The notes under the pieces are model-generated. The model was not told the origin of the DNA and did no database searches. It saw only the letters and a list, made by a program, of their open reading frames with translations. Below are positions 1-12,667 of a stretch of DNA of 64,000 nt, one piece after another. The position numbers were made by a program, and so were the translations under genes. Every line of letters begins with the position of its first letter. Within the stretch, counting starts at the first letter, position 1. The DNA lies in contig CP075493.1 of the NCBI GenBank assembly GCA_021613535.1, forward strand, positions 2,108,001 to 2,172,000, given 5' to 3'. Source of the DNA: Adineta vaga. Taxonomy: Eukaryota; Animalia; Rotifera.

Positions 1-401
1 TTCATAGGTCTAAAATATAATTTATCTATTTCAATAATTCGAATGAAATACAAAGATTACGTACAGCTCGACTTTCAACATGAGTTGAACAGAATATTGT
101 TAACGTAATAAATAAAACCGCCAATGTGCAAAATATTTTCAACATTGTCATTTCGAAAATTCTTCAAAAAAATATACGAATTAATCTAGAAAAATTTGCA
201 TATGAAATCTCTATGTGTTCGTCTATGAACGTTCCGAAGAATGTCAAGTAGAAAATATGAAAGAATAAAAAGAAACGTGTAGATATTTACTCAACACTGT
301 GATTTGTCTAATTGACATGCAAACAAATCTTTTTTTTTCTGTCGATTTCTATGAACAACGATACAGTGTCCTTATTCCTAGGTCATCTATAGTTCACTTA
401 C

Positions 402-480
402 CGGTATTATTTTTCCCGAAACTAATCAATGAAAATTTCATGTCAACGTTTAATTCCTCAATTGGATTCGTCATGCGCAT
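402..480 (-). CDS. Possible first coding exon of a gene continuing off the left edge (MRMTNPIEELNVDMKFSLISFGKNNT...)
   Basis: Open frame from ATG 480 (or 474) ends at a strong donor G|GTAAGT at 401. No homology recognised. Confidence 0.25.
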
Positions 481-2278
481 AACACGATTCACTTCGTCAT
501 CTGTATATCAAGTCTCTTTATATTCCCATCTAATTGAATGAAATACATAGAAGTTGAACTTGACTTTTCGTATAGAGAAAAAAAATTCTCACAACAATCT
601 CACTCGGAAACGATCTTAATAATATAAAACTTGTTAGCTTTGTTATTTATATATATAGAAAACTAATGAGGAGGAGAAAGAGAGAGAGAGAGTGAGAGAG
701 AAGGAGAAAAAAGCTCATCTAGTGTTTATCAATATCCGGAATGGTTTGTTTTTCCTAATGTAAATTAACATTTCAGTCTCGTTTTTTCGTTTCTGCATCA
801 TTTCAACATCCAACCGATAAAGTTAATATATACAACACCATGATAAGGAAAACAACATATGGTTTTATTCGACGGTATATAAATGAAATATCATGTCATG
901 AAAACCAACAAATATTTCAAGAGAATTAAATTAGATTTTTATTCTTCAATGTTGCATATCGAACGAAATGATACATAACAAAAATTCGATGGATGAATTT
1001 GCATAACAATATGGAAATGATCAAAATTGGTGATAAAATCTTCAAAGATTTTTCAAGGTTATTGAGAACAAAGTTTCAATCGTATAAATCTAAGCTAACT
1101 AACAATGTGAACTGATTTAATTAATATTCATTTATTCAAATGAATCAATGGGATATCTATTTAGATAATTCATGTGAAATTATTTGACATATTTTCTAAA
1201 TATATCAATTTGGAACATCGAGAAAATGTCTTTTAAGTCAAAGTTTGTGCAAATTCTTCATCATACTGACTCAATTGATAGTAAATACTAAAAGATTTAT
1301 ATTTCTAACTGGAACGAGAAAAATGTTTTGAAATTTTAACTTTGTGTATTCTAGAAATTGTGCTTATTAATAATTCTCTCTGATAAATTAAGAGTTAATA
1401 CTAATAAACGCATGATCAGTCACGTATGCTATCAAAATAACATATTTATTTGATCTTCTTTTTCGACGAACAAAATACTTTAAGGCACTTCAATTGTATC
1501 GTTCAATAAATACGCCTTCTTCTCTACTTCCCAAAATATTTCATAGTAATTGACGTTCAAATTACAAAATAAATACATTACTATAGAATGATCAACATCA
1601 TCAATATAAGAGTTGAATAGAGAGCACTTATCTCTCACAAGAAATGGTTTTGATGATACAGATCTTATTTAAAAAAAAAACTTGTTGAATGTCATGATGT
1701 TTTCTAACGTTCGATCAATCATTACAAACGTCCGCTACATCGCATTGTATTCGAAAGCAATGTCGAGTTTTCTTCATTATCAATAAACTTATTTTATCTG
1801 AAATCTCCTTTTATAATTTTGTTAAGACGATTAAGAAAATGAAATTTGATTAAATGCTCTATTTTAGAAAAATTTGACTTTATTCATCATTCGGTCACGT
1901 TAGGGATAACTAGTACAGACCAATAGTATCAGTTAGAAACAGAATTTCATGCTCTTCTCTAATTCATATCGAACATTTGCTTTTGAAGAACTCAAAATAA
2001 TTTTGTTTTGTACTTTAACAGACGTGTACTTAAATATTTCACTATGCTTTCGTTTCAAAAGAAAATGTTTAGCATAGATTCTTAGAGAGCATGAAATCCA
2101 GCTTTCAATTGATACTTTTCGGTCTACAACAATTGTTTCCAAGTGTCTGAAAAAAATAGACGAATATTTTGTACCATGAATTTCCTTGCCATAGGTTATA
2201 AATACATTTAATTCAAAGATTAATAAAATAAGTATGACAACAACATTTATATGAAGTTTTAAAAAGTGTTAATTTTGA

Positions 2279-3274
2279 TTAAAGATAAATATTTCGATTT
2301 GTAACTGTTTGACGTCTTCTCGAAATACTTTGATCAGGATTTATACGACGAAGATTTCTATAATTTCTAAGAATTAATTGTTTACAATCTTGACGAAATG
2401 ATACTGATGAAATGTAATATGTATAAAATGGGGTTGTACTAAATATATATATCATCAAAAGTCCAGCATTCAATGCAAAATATTCAATTTGAAGTAGTTG
2501 TACACTTTTATTTAGTATAATAAATTGAGTAATCATTCTTTCCAGATAAACTACTGTTAATGGAGTAGTTGTTATTATATAAATAATCACTTCACTCAAA
2601 ACAAGAATCAATAAATCTCGATCTCGTCGTTTTAAACAAGTATTTCTATTATTTAATTCTTGACCTGTTGGTTGAATACGACTACGTAATTGTTTCATAT
2701 TTCTATAAGTTAAATAAGCAAATACACATATTGTAATCGATGGAATTGATCCAATAAATATTATAGCATAAAATCCATAAAATGTAGCATAACCACCCGA
2801 TACAGCACATTGACCATTGTAAACATCTGACCATATAAGTGCATGACTAGCAGCAATTGCCCAAAAAATATATGCATAGAAAGTGAAATATTTTGCTCGT
2901 TTAGGTGTACTGAATGCTCTTAACCCAGCACGATTACTTGTAATCATATAACGATCAATGCATGCAAATATGACAAGAGTTTTTGTAACTTGACCAAGAA
3001 ATGCTGGAGTAAATATTGAAAGTCGACAGAGAATTAATGAACGAATTGTACTGTCAGTATAAGCATATGCATGAATTCGAAATAAACCACAGATTGTTAA
3101 ATAAAGAATATTTGTTACAGCTGAATTCATTAAATAAATTGAACATGCATTATGTTTTTGTCGATAAAAAAGTATGAGAACAAAGATATTGCCAATGTCT
3201 CCTAAAGATAGAAGGATTGGATAACTATAAAAGTTAATTTGAGTTTGAATAAATGGTAATATTGATGTTGACAT
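2279..3274 (-). CDS. Divergent rhodopsin-class 7TM receptor, single exon, 331 aa
   Basis: Seven hydrophobic segments; GN in TM1, 'ACIDRY' (DRY motif), TM7 'TPFYTY', helix-8 'SFRQD'. Confidence 0.85.
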   Translation of the reverse strand: MSTSILPFIQTQINFYSYPILLSLGDIGNIFVLILFYRQKHNACSIYLMNSAVTNILYLTICGLFRIHAYAYTDSTIRSLILCRLSIFTPAFLGQVTKTLVIFACIDRYMITSNRAGLRAFSTPKRAKYFTFYAYIFWAIAASHALIWSDVYNGQCAVSGGYATFYGFYAIIFIGSIPSITICVFAYLTYRNMKQLRSRIQPTGQELNNRNTCLKRRDRDLLILVLSEVIIYIITTTPLTVVYLERMITQFIILNKSVQLLQIEYFALNAGLLMIYIFSTTPFYTYYISSVSFRQDCKQLILRNYRNLRRINPDQSISRRRQTVTNRNIYL

Positions 3275-4773
3275 TATTATGAATGATTAGAAGTTTGAAA
3301 TTTTGTTTAGAAAATTGAAGAAATGTGATTTATCATCATATTTTATCTTGACTTATATTTAGAGAGAACGTTTTTGAAAAGAATCTTGTGCTTGAGTAAA
3401 TCATTCTCTTTCAAGAGTCATTTCCAAGAATTTAAAATATTAAAAGATTTCTCAAAAGTAGTATTAATACTTTAATCTTCTTCTTTGTTAAGATTACTCG
3501 TGACATGAAAGTATTATGATTTTCCACTGAAAGATTGTGATCAATTAGTACTAGTAGTTCAACACAAAGTTATTGCACTACAATTTTCATATATAATGCG
3601 ATAACTAAAGTAGGACATAGATGGATAGTACGCTATCTTCTAGTAAAAACATTAAATCCGTTATGTTTTGGCTCTATGTATCAACCAATTCTATTGTAGT
3701 ATGTAGAAGTTTGACTTTGTTGCTTAAGCAGACGAAAATTTTGAAACAACGCGCTTCTTCAATAAATTTTTGTCTGCCTAAGGAGATTTTGCTTGCAGAA
3801 TGCATAATTTGTGTACTATCATCTGTTTATATTCGATGTCAAGATGCGTTCTGCATATATATACCTGATAATGTGCAAGAATCGGCGTTATATTGCATTA
3901 TCATGTGTATCATTCGTTTTTAGAGATGTTCTACGATTAGAAGGCATTGAAGCGCATTTTGTAGAACTAATGATAAAACAATGCTATAAATTCCAATGTA
4001 ACATAATATCAATTATTTTGATCGTATAGTATGAGTAGAATTTTCAATAAATATCGAACTTTCGGATTGTTTTCGATGTATTTTCATTTTAGACAAGTTT
4101 CTTTATGATACTTTTCAAGAATCAAAAAACTTTCTCTTGAAATTATTTCAATTCGTATATAAATGAATGAACAAGTATCATCAACAATAAACTCGATACC
4201 AAATGGATTCATGTTATAGATATCTCCATCATAGATGCCGTAAGTAGTCTGATAGATTTTCAACAAACATTTCAATATCTTACTATTTATCTGCATGTGT
4301 CTATTAACTAATCTATGTTGTTATTTTTTTTCTTTTGACCGACTGTTATTGTCTATTTCCGTCGAGTCGAACGAATATAATATATAGAAAAAAAAACATT
4401 TCTCTTTTATCGTTTGTATTTGCCATCTTCAAGGCAAAGCAGTCGACCTCTCTACTATAGAACGAAAGAGAAAGAAGAAAACAGAAAGAAAAGAAAAGAA
4501 CGACAACAATAAACATATACGCACAAGCACACATCTACGTCGACCAATTATACCCTTGCACATTCGTTTTTTCTATCGTTGATTTCATCATCGTTTGCCA
4601 ATAGTGAAAATCTCGATCTAGTTGGACCATTTATAACCAATGTAAGTAGCAATAAAGCTCGGGTTGGTTGCCTAATTCCCACCAGTTGATTTAAAGATAG
4701 AATCAGATGAATATCTTATTGAAAATATTGAACGACATGTATAGTTATTTTCTTTGTTCTAGTCCGTTAAATA

Positions 4774-5755
4774 ATGGATTCAGGATTACAGGTAAGAAAT
4801 CTATTTTTAACATATAACAAAATCATGAACATTCTTAGGTTGCTCAGCAAAATTCTTCACCATCAAGTGGTGGCAATGTAATTGTACTTAATAATGATAT
4901 GATGCAACAACGAACAAGTATTGGTGGACAACAAGTAATTTTCACGAAAAAGAAATTATAGTTTTTAAATTTTCATTTTACAGATTATTTTAAAAACAAG
5001 TTCATCGCCAACATCAAATTCTACACAAGGTCAAATTCTTCAAACGGCTGATGGACAATTAATTATTTTACAAAGTGCTGATCAACAACAAAATCAATCA
5101 ACACAATATGTTCAAGTTGGTGGTCAAAGTAAGAAAAAAGAAAGAAAACTGATCTCATTCTCATATGAAACATCTTTATTTAGTTTTACAATTGAGTAAC
5201 ATCCAAAGTTCTCAACAACCTCAAACCATTACGATTCCAGCTGGTGCACTACAGCTCGGTGGTAGTGGACAACAGATTGTTCAACTATCGACACCAACTA
5301 AAATGCAATCTGCATCACAGAATGGTTCAGTAATCATGGTAAGGTTCTTATTAATAAGACTTCTGATAATCATTGAAATATTTAGATGATGCCAGGAAAT
5401 TCAGGTCAATTACAAACTGTTCAGATGCAAACATCTGGTGCAACAGCAACGAATAATTCTCAAACAGCTGTAACATCTGAACCAACTGAAGAAGAACCAT
5501 TATATGTTAATGCTAAACAGTATAATCGAATTTTAAAAAGACGTGCAGCAAGAGCCAAACTTGAAGCAGAAGGAAGAATTCCACGAGAACGTAAAGTATG
5601 TTAGAAAGAATCTTTCTTGTTATTGAATTGTGAAATCAACCTATTGTTTTTTTTTCTAGCGTAAATTTCTTCATGAATCTCGTCATCGACATGCAATGAA
5701 TCGTGTCCGTGGTGCCGGTGGTCGTTTTGCTCCAGGAGCCAAGCAAAAAGCATAA
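4774..5755 (+). CDS. NFYA: Nuclear transcription factor Y subunit alpha (multi-exon)
   Basis: Q-rich N-terminus; core 'EEPLYVNAKQYNRILKRRAARAKLEAEGRIPRERK|RKFLHESRHRHAMNRVRGAGGRF'. ATG 4774, TAA 5753-5755, GT-AG introns. Confidence 0.95.
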
Positions 5756-6104
5756 ACTAAATCTTAAATAATTTTCTCGTATATATTTTTCTCTCTGTGA
5801 ATTGTTTTCTTTCTTTCTTCTTCATCATGTTCGCGCTTGTGTTGTGTATATTGTAAAGTCAAACAAGAGAAGATTTTTGTTTGTTTGTTTGTAGACATCT
5901 AAATGACTGCATTAGAACGAAAACAAACAGATATTTTGTTTCGTTTCCTTTTCTTCTTTTTTTTTGTTCTGGATAGTTAGTGAAAGGAAACAAGAATAAA
6001 AAATGAAAGAAAAAAACAAGTAGTGCTGTTGTTTGATATTTTGCTTTACTGCATAAAAAAAAACCCACTAAATCATCGATATTTCGTTAATTTTAGACAA
6101 TATT

Positions 6105-7482
6105 ATGCAGGAACGACAGCTAATATTTGAGTCCGTTTTACCAAGTGAACTTGATCCAGCGAGATTTTCCAAACCAGTTATTGATGGAATTGAACAAGCT
6201 TTAACAGGTAATTTCGACAGACCGGTCAGAATTAAAGTCGTTTTTCTCTTGTCTTCTAGTTACATGTGCCAATGGTGAAGTTGTTACACGAAATCCTGCA
6301 GAACCAAAAATCGCTCCATCAATAAAAGATGATTTTGATGATGATGAGTTAGTTGCATTTGCTGAAAATTTAGAAAATATACCTCCTGATCTCGCCGAAA
6401 AACGTGAAAAGAAAAAAGATCGACCAAATAATCCTCTATTCAAATATCGTCGTGGTGTTCTTTCTGTTTCGGATTTATCTGCACAAATTTGGTGTGAACA
6501 ACAGTTGAATTATAAATTTCTCTATCCATATGTTCTTAATGATGATGGAGAAATCAAACGTGTTGATGATAAGCCACATATGTTATGCGGAACAGCATTA
6601 CATTTAGAACGTGAACTAGAAATTCAAACAAAAATCACTATTGAATGTAAAACACGTGAAGATTCCTATGGTGTACGTTTATTGAATATGATACAAGGAA
6701 TCAATGGTTTACTAACATGGAATAAACCAAATGAACGATATATAACACGTGAAATGCCTGTAAGATATATGAATTCGACAAAAAAATGAAATATTAATCT
6801 TCGTTCTTTTAGATTTTTGGAAATATGTATGGTGGTAAATTATATTTTCGTGGTATAATTGATGAAATTAATTATGATCCACGAACGAATCAATTAGAAG
6901 TTGTTGAATTTAAAACTCGTGCATCGAAAACACCACCTAAACCTCAACAAACTTATACACATGAAGTTCAAGTGAATATATATCGAACATTACTCGATGA
7001 ACTTATTCAAGGACAAGCGGATAAAACGCTTTATTTCGAACGATACAATTTAGAATCATCGATAGCATTATGTGATTCTGTACGAAATGAATATAAAGAA
7101 CGTGGATTTGCAGATATTAATACATTAGAAAATGCTTTTGATCTATTAATGAAATTAGCATTTCAAATGCCAACAATAACAACAAGTAGAGATATCTCTA
7201 ATAGAGAATCGATTTGACTTTGAAGTTATTTTAGATGGTTCTATTGAATATATTCTTCAATCAGATGCTAGTTGGAAGCATCGGAAAGAATTTGGACGTA
7301 ATGAAAAGCAACTTCAAGAATTACTTGAAAAATCTGAACCATTCTGGCTCGGTACACGTGAACCAGAAGGTGTGGATATCGAAGATGCTTATAAATGTCA
7401 ATGGTGTGATTATAAAGAAATTTGTACATGGCGTGAAGAAAAAGCGAATGAATTTTCACGAAAAAAACGACGTTTAAATTGA
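6105..7482 (+). CDS. EXO5: Exonuclease V (EXO5/DEM1), Fe-S PD-(D/E)XK nuclease, 4 exons
   Basis: Spliced motifs 'LSVSDLSAQIWCEQQ', 'GTALHLERELE', 'REMP|IFG...GIIDEI', 'VEFKTR', C-terminal 'KCQWCDYKEICTW' (1+3 Cys Fe-S pattern). Confidence 0.88.
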
Positions 7483-7634
7483 AAACAAAACTTTTCTACT
7501 TTCTATCATTTGACTTTTGTCATGTATATAATGTAAAGATCTATCTGTGCCTTGTGATATCATTCTCTTTTTTGTTCCTCTTGTCTCAATAAGAAACAAC
7601 TTTCAATGGATATTTCTATGTTTTCTTTTTCTAG

Positions 7635-8726
7635 ATGGCTAATCCAAAACGAACGATTTATGTCGGTGGTTTAGGTGAAGAAGTCGATGAGAAAACATTA
7701 CATGCAGCTTTTATTCCCTTCGGTGATATCTTTGAAATTCAATTGCCTATGGATTACGAAACACAAAAACATCGTGGTTTTGGTTTTGTTGAATATGAAA
7801 CAGCGGAAGATGCAGCAGCAGCTATTGATAATATGAATGATGCAGAATTATTTGGTCGAGCAATACGTGTAAATCTAGCTAAACCAGTTCATCTCAAAGA
7901 AACAAGTTCAAAACCCGTCTGGTCAGAAGATCAATGGCTATCGGAAGCAATGAATTCGGTTGAAAAAGATGGCACATCTACGGATGATATCAATAATAAT
8001 AATAATAATAATCCAGCAGCTGTAGTGAAATCGGTGGAAAATCTTTCGAAAGAAAATGAGACTGATGAAATTGATTTGGATACAGGTCGACCACTATCAA
8101 AACGAATTAAATCAACAACAAATCCACGTGTTTATCTTGATATTGAAATTAATGGTAGTCGAGCAGGAAGACTAGTATTTACATTATATGCAGATATTGT
8201 TCCATTAACAGCGGAAAATTTTCGTTGTTTATGTACACATGAAAAAGGTTTTGGTTATCGACATACATCATTTCATCGTATTATTAGAGAATTCATGGCA
8301 CAAGGTGGTGATATGACAAAAGGCAATGGAACTGGAGGAAAATCCATCTATGGAAGAACATTTAAAGTAATAGAAAGTAAAGATTTCGATTGTTGAGTTC
8401 TATATTGATTATTTAGGATGAAAATTTTAATTTAAAACACACACATGCTGGTCAATTATCAATGGCAAATTCCGGTTCGAATAGTAATGGTTCACAATTC
8501 TTTATAACTCTCGCTAAATGTGATTGGTTAGATAATAAACATGTATGTATCATAGATTGAATCCATGTTTAGTTTTTTTTATAGCAATGTCTTTCATTGA
8601 TTTTAGGTTGTATTCGGTGAAGTAATTGAAGGTTTTGAAGTTTTGAAAAAAATTGAAGATGCTGGGACAAAAAGTGGAACAACAACAAAAACAGTGACAA
8701 TTGTTGATTGTAATGAATTCAAATAA
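7635..8726 (+). CDS. PPIE: Cyclophilin E (RRM + peptidyl-prolyl isomerase), 3 exons
   Basis: RRM '[25 protein letters not shown]...[11 protein letters not shown]' plus cyclophilin '[27 protein letters not shown]', '[15 protein letters not shown]', 'WLDNKHVVFG'. Stop 8724-8726. Confidence 0.95.
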
Positions 8727-9013
8727 TGTATCTGTTTACTGATGCGTGTGTGTATATATATACTATTGTTCATCAAAGAATTTAGTTTTGATGAACTAGG
8801 AAAGTAAAACGAGAAAATTCTGTTATAAACAAGATATGCACATTGATATTATTCTTGTAAAGTCAATTATTAGACCTCAATACTATTTAAATCAAAGATT
8901 GTGTTGTGTAATATCGATGACTATTGAAATTCAAATTTAGACTTTCGCATATTAGACAGAAGTTCATTTTTATTTTCACATAAAGAAAAACTAACTAAAT
9001 AAGTTTAATATTT

Positions 9014-9664
9014 TCAATTTTCATGTGGTGGTGGTGGTGCACTGTCACTCAATTGATCACCTAAAAATAAACATAGCATCAGAAATCTTTGTACTCAGAA
9101 TATTTACCATCGAGTGGTAGAATTGATTTGATCCAAAATGCATTGAGAAGATGATCAATCTTAGGACGACCAGAATTAGGATGTAAAAGAATAGTAAGAT
9201 TACCATGATTGATAGAAATAAAGTTTACAGCATCAATAAATTGTTCTAATGGTAAATAAATACCCCATGAACCAATTGGATGTGGTCTAAATTTAAATTG
9301 TTCTAGAAATGAATATTTTCAAAATGAAATCATACCCAATAGGTGCCATATTTAAGTCCCAATGACAAATTTTTGGACACCAAGTTTCACAATCATCATT
9401 ACAACTATCAACATTAAATTTTTGAAGAAATTGATTTCGTAATACAGTTGCTTCATTGGTTTGATTTTCATTTTTTTGTAAGAAATAAACATGAATATGA
9501 TATGAATAATATGTGATATTATCATTCAATGGTAAATTTCCCAAATTAAATTGATCTTTTGTCATTAACAAATCCTCAAGGGTACCATGTTGTATAACAT
9601 GTGCATTTGAAAATAGATTACTAACGATGTAAATCAATGTAATAAATAAAAACTTAGATGACAT
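9014..9664 (-). CDS. DOPA 4,5-dioxygenase family protein with signal peptide, 3 exons (9664-9336, 9286-9108, 9060-9014)
   Basis: Spliced product has 'YSYHIHVYF', 'PIGPHPIGSW', 'NHGNLTILLHPNSG...DHLLNAFWIKSILPLD', matching the bacterial/fungal DOPA_dioxygen family; hydrophobic N-terminus. Confidence 0.8.
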
Positions 9665-10295
9665 TTTGTATTTTGATGTAAATATCTAAAATCAAGATTG
9701 ATTGTTCGTATATATATATATATGCGCTATATTGCAAAAGATTGCAATTATATAATGACAATGTGAAAGATAAGAATGACGAAGTTTTTTTTTCTCAAGA
9801 AGATAATTTTCATAGTAATGACAAATCAGGGCTCCAGATGGGATGATATGGGACAGAAAAATCAGTCCATAGGATGATATTTCAATATTGTCCCACAGAA
9901 TCTCTTAGTAAAGCATCGTCATTTGTTTACAGATTTCTGTGATATTCTGACATTCCTCGTGCCTTAGTTCTTTCGTCTCTTTTTTATATTTGCTGAAAAT
10001 CGACGGTATTTGCAAAGTATGAGTAGATCACTCATAATTAAATGATACTCCGTTTGTGCTTTCCTTAGATAAATCTGAATCATGTCATGTTCACCAATAC
10101 TTTTTATTATATCCTAAACACTATCGTTACAGAGAACTTGCAAATCCTTCTGAAACAATGGTTTATTATTTCCATTGACTTTTTCTCTATACATAGACTT
10201 TCTGTCCTGGAAGATTTAAAAAAAGATCAGAAAAATTACAAGTAAATAATGATAATGTGGAAGATAATCATCATTGCTGAATGAAAAATAAAGGT

Positions 10296-11153
10296 TTATA
10301 AATATTGCATTGATTCTATGTCAAATCGATTTGATGATGTGTCTTGTCGAGCATCACCTTCTAAAATCATTCCTGAAATTTTTTCTTCTTTCTCATCATT
10401 AATATCTAAGTGTACAATCAATATTCGTTGACTTGTTGGAATCAAATGAATTTCCGAATTTCGAATGATATTTCTTGTCCAAAAAGCAATAGCTGTACTA
10501 ACAGCACCAGTTCCACATGCTTGAGTTTCATCATAAACACCATTTTCATATGTTCGTAAACGAATTGTTTGTTGATCATTGATTGGAAAAGCAATATTTA
10601 AATTTAAATTTCGAATACCAACTTTATCTCGATATGAATTCAAATTTTCATTCGCAAATTGGATTAAATCAAATCGATCAAATTCTTCATTCGATTGAAC
10701 TAGTTCCCGTGCATCGATAATCACATGATGACTACCAACATTCACATACGTCCATGATTCAATCAAACGTAATTCTTTATAGATAGGTAATTGTAAAGCT
10801 ACACGATCATTTCCTACTAACTTTGCTTGATATAAACAACCATTTAATATCAATTCAACTTGATTTGTTTTGAAATTACCCGTTAATATCGCATGTCGAA
10901 CAGCACATCGTGCTCCATTACCACACATAACTCCTGTTGAACCATCAGGATTGTAAAAATCGTAATTACATTTCGAATCCATTGGATCTAATTCAATTAA
11001 GACAAGAAGACCTTCAGCATCTGGTAAATGTTTTCGTTTACATAAACTTCTAACTAATAAACTATTCCATGGATTTTCAATTGTTCTCTGTCGATTATCA
11101 ACTATAACAAAACGATTTCCAGCACCAGACCAATGTTGAACTTCAATGGACAT
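10296..11153 (-). CDS. dapF: Diaminopimelate epimerase, intronless (likely start MSIEVQHW at 11153)
   Basis: 'GAGNRFVIVD', catalytic 'YNPDGS..MCGNGARC', 'VNVGSHHVI', 'RTYENGV.DETQACGTGA'. Confidence 0.9.
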   Translation of the reverse strand: MSIEVQHWSGAGNRFVIVDNRQRTIENPWNSLLVRSLCKRKHLPDAEGLLVLIELDPMDSKCNYDFYNPDGSTGVMCGNGARCAVRHAILTGNFKTNQVELILNGCLYQAKLVGNDRVALQLPIYKELRLIESWTYVNVGSHHVIIDARELVQSNEEFDRFDLIQFANENLNSYRDKVGIRNLNLNIAFPINDQQTIRLRTYENGVYDETQACGTGAVSTAIAFWTRNIIRNSEIHLIPTSQRILIVHLDINDEKEEKISGMILEGDARQDTSSNRFDIESMQYL

Positions 11154-11622
11154 TAGATTCAAACTTTCAATAGACTTATACGAAATGAAGTTAATATTTT
11201 CGAAAGAAAAACACCAATCATATCTTTTTCTTTTATCTTTTGTAATCAAATCTCATACACATACACCGGTAGCATGTTTTTTTTCTCTTCTCCTCAGAAG
11301 AATATGATAGATGTCAAAGTTTTGTTTTTGTTCACCACTGGGTTATTTTATTCTTCTTCCTTTTTTTTTCAAATTTCGTATTGTGATGTTACAAGTAGGA
11401 TACAAAAAATTCATACACACATTTGACCGCTGCTTCTACAGTTGAACATGCTGGTTAGAGGAGAAAGAAAAAGAAAGAAAAAAACAGAAACACAATTGTA
11501 CTATAGAGCCATTCAAAAAAATATTCTACGGTTTTTATAATGCTCAAAAAATATAATAAGGATATAAACGGACAAAAAAATGTTACTGAAGGAGGAGGTT
11601 ATTGTTCTATGCAAGGTTGTCC

Positions 11623-12667
11623 TTAACCACCACCGCTGGTATCTACTTTGATGCCAGCATAAACTTGGACGAGTTTGTCAAAACCGGCTAACACACCAGC
11701 ACCGGCAATACCCCTTAGAATATTAGCACCGGCACCTTTGAATAATGAGATAACACCTTCTGCACGAATGATTTGGAACATACAATCCATTGCTCCTTTA
11801 TATTTAACAGCTTGACCTGATGTCATCATCATACGTCGTCGAATAGTATCGACTGGATATGAGATAAGACCAGATGTAACTGTAACACCATAACCGAGTA
11901 AGAAGGAAAGCATGATACCAGCATCTGGTCCAAGTAAAATTGGTTTTAGTGTATCATAGAAACCGAAGTAACAACCACGATAGATGACGATACCAACACA
12001 TGAAATAACGAAACCACGATAGAGACCAGCAATACCATCGGTAGCTAACGTTTTCTTATAGACATCAACAAGACCGTTGTATTTACGTTCACCACCACCT
12101 TTCTTTGTGCTTTTAACATCATTAGCTAAACGTGTACGAGCATAATCAAGTGAATAAACGAAACATAAGGACATTGCACCAGCAACACCACCACTGGCAA
12201 TATTTTTAGCAAAATTGACCATGTATGGATCATTTTTGTTTTGTTTAAACATTAATTTGATTTTATCTTTAAAAGCAAAATTCAAAGCCTAAAGGTAAAA
12301 CAAAATTGTTTATTACTTTTCCAAGTTTTTCTCTTTGAAAACATACTTGAGTAGGAAAGTATCGGATACAATTAGCTAAATTTCCTCGCCAGAATGGTAA
12401 GAAACCTTCATTTCTGAATGTTTGCATTGTACAGTCGATAACACCATTGTATGGTCGAGTGATGATACCTTGTTTCAACATTTCACCTTGATTCTGTACG
12501 AGCAATTTGACACGTTCAATGGGAGCTGCAGCTGTTTTTGAGACAACAGCAGCTACACCACTGAGTGCAAAGTTTTCAATAAAGCTCAATTTTGGCTTCT
12601 CTTTCTAAATAGATTAGATCATATAGATAGTAACGATTGAAAACTCTCTAAAGATACTTACAGACAT
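11623..12667 (-). CDS. Mitochondrial ADP/ATP carrier (SLC25 ANT/AAC), 3 coding exons
   Basis: '[13 protein letters not shown]', '[16 protein letters not shown]|ALNFAFKD', RRRMMM signature; 6-nt first exon ATGTCT at 12667-12662. Confidence 0.95.

Noticed and set aside
9827-10215. Possible hAT remnant starting CAGGGCTCCAGA with ATGGGA repeats
   Set aside because: No matching right TIR or TSD found.
11154-11249. N-terminal extension of the DapF ORF in the ORF track
   Set aside because: It begins at a non-ATG codon; DapF similarity starts at the ATG at 11153.
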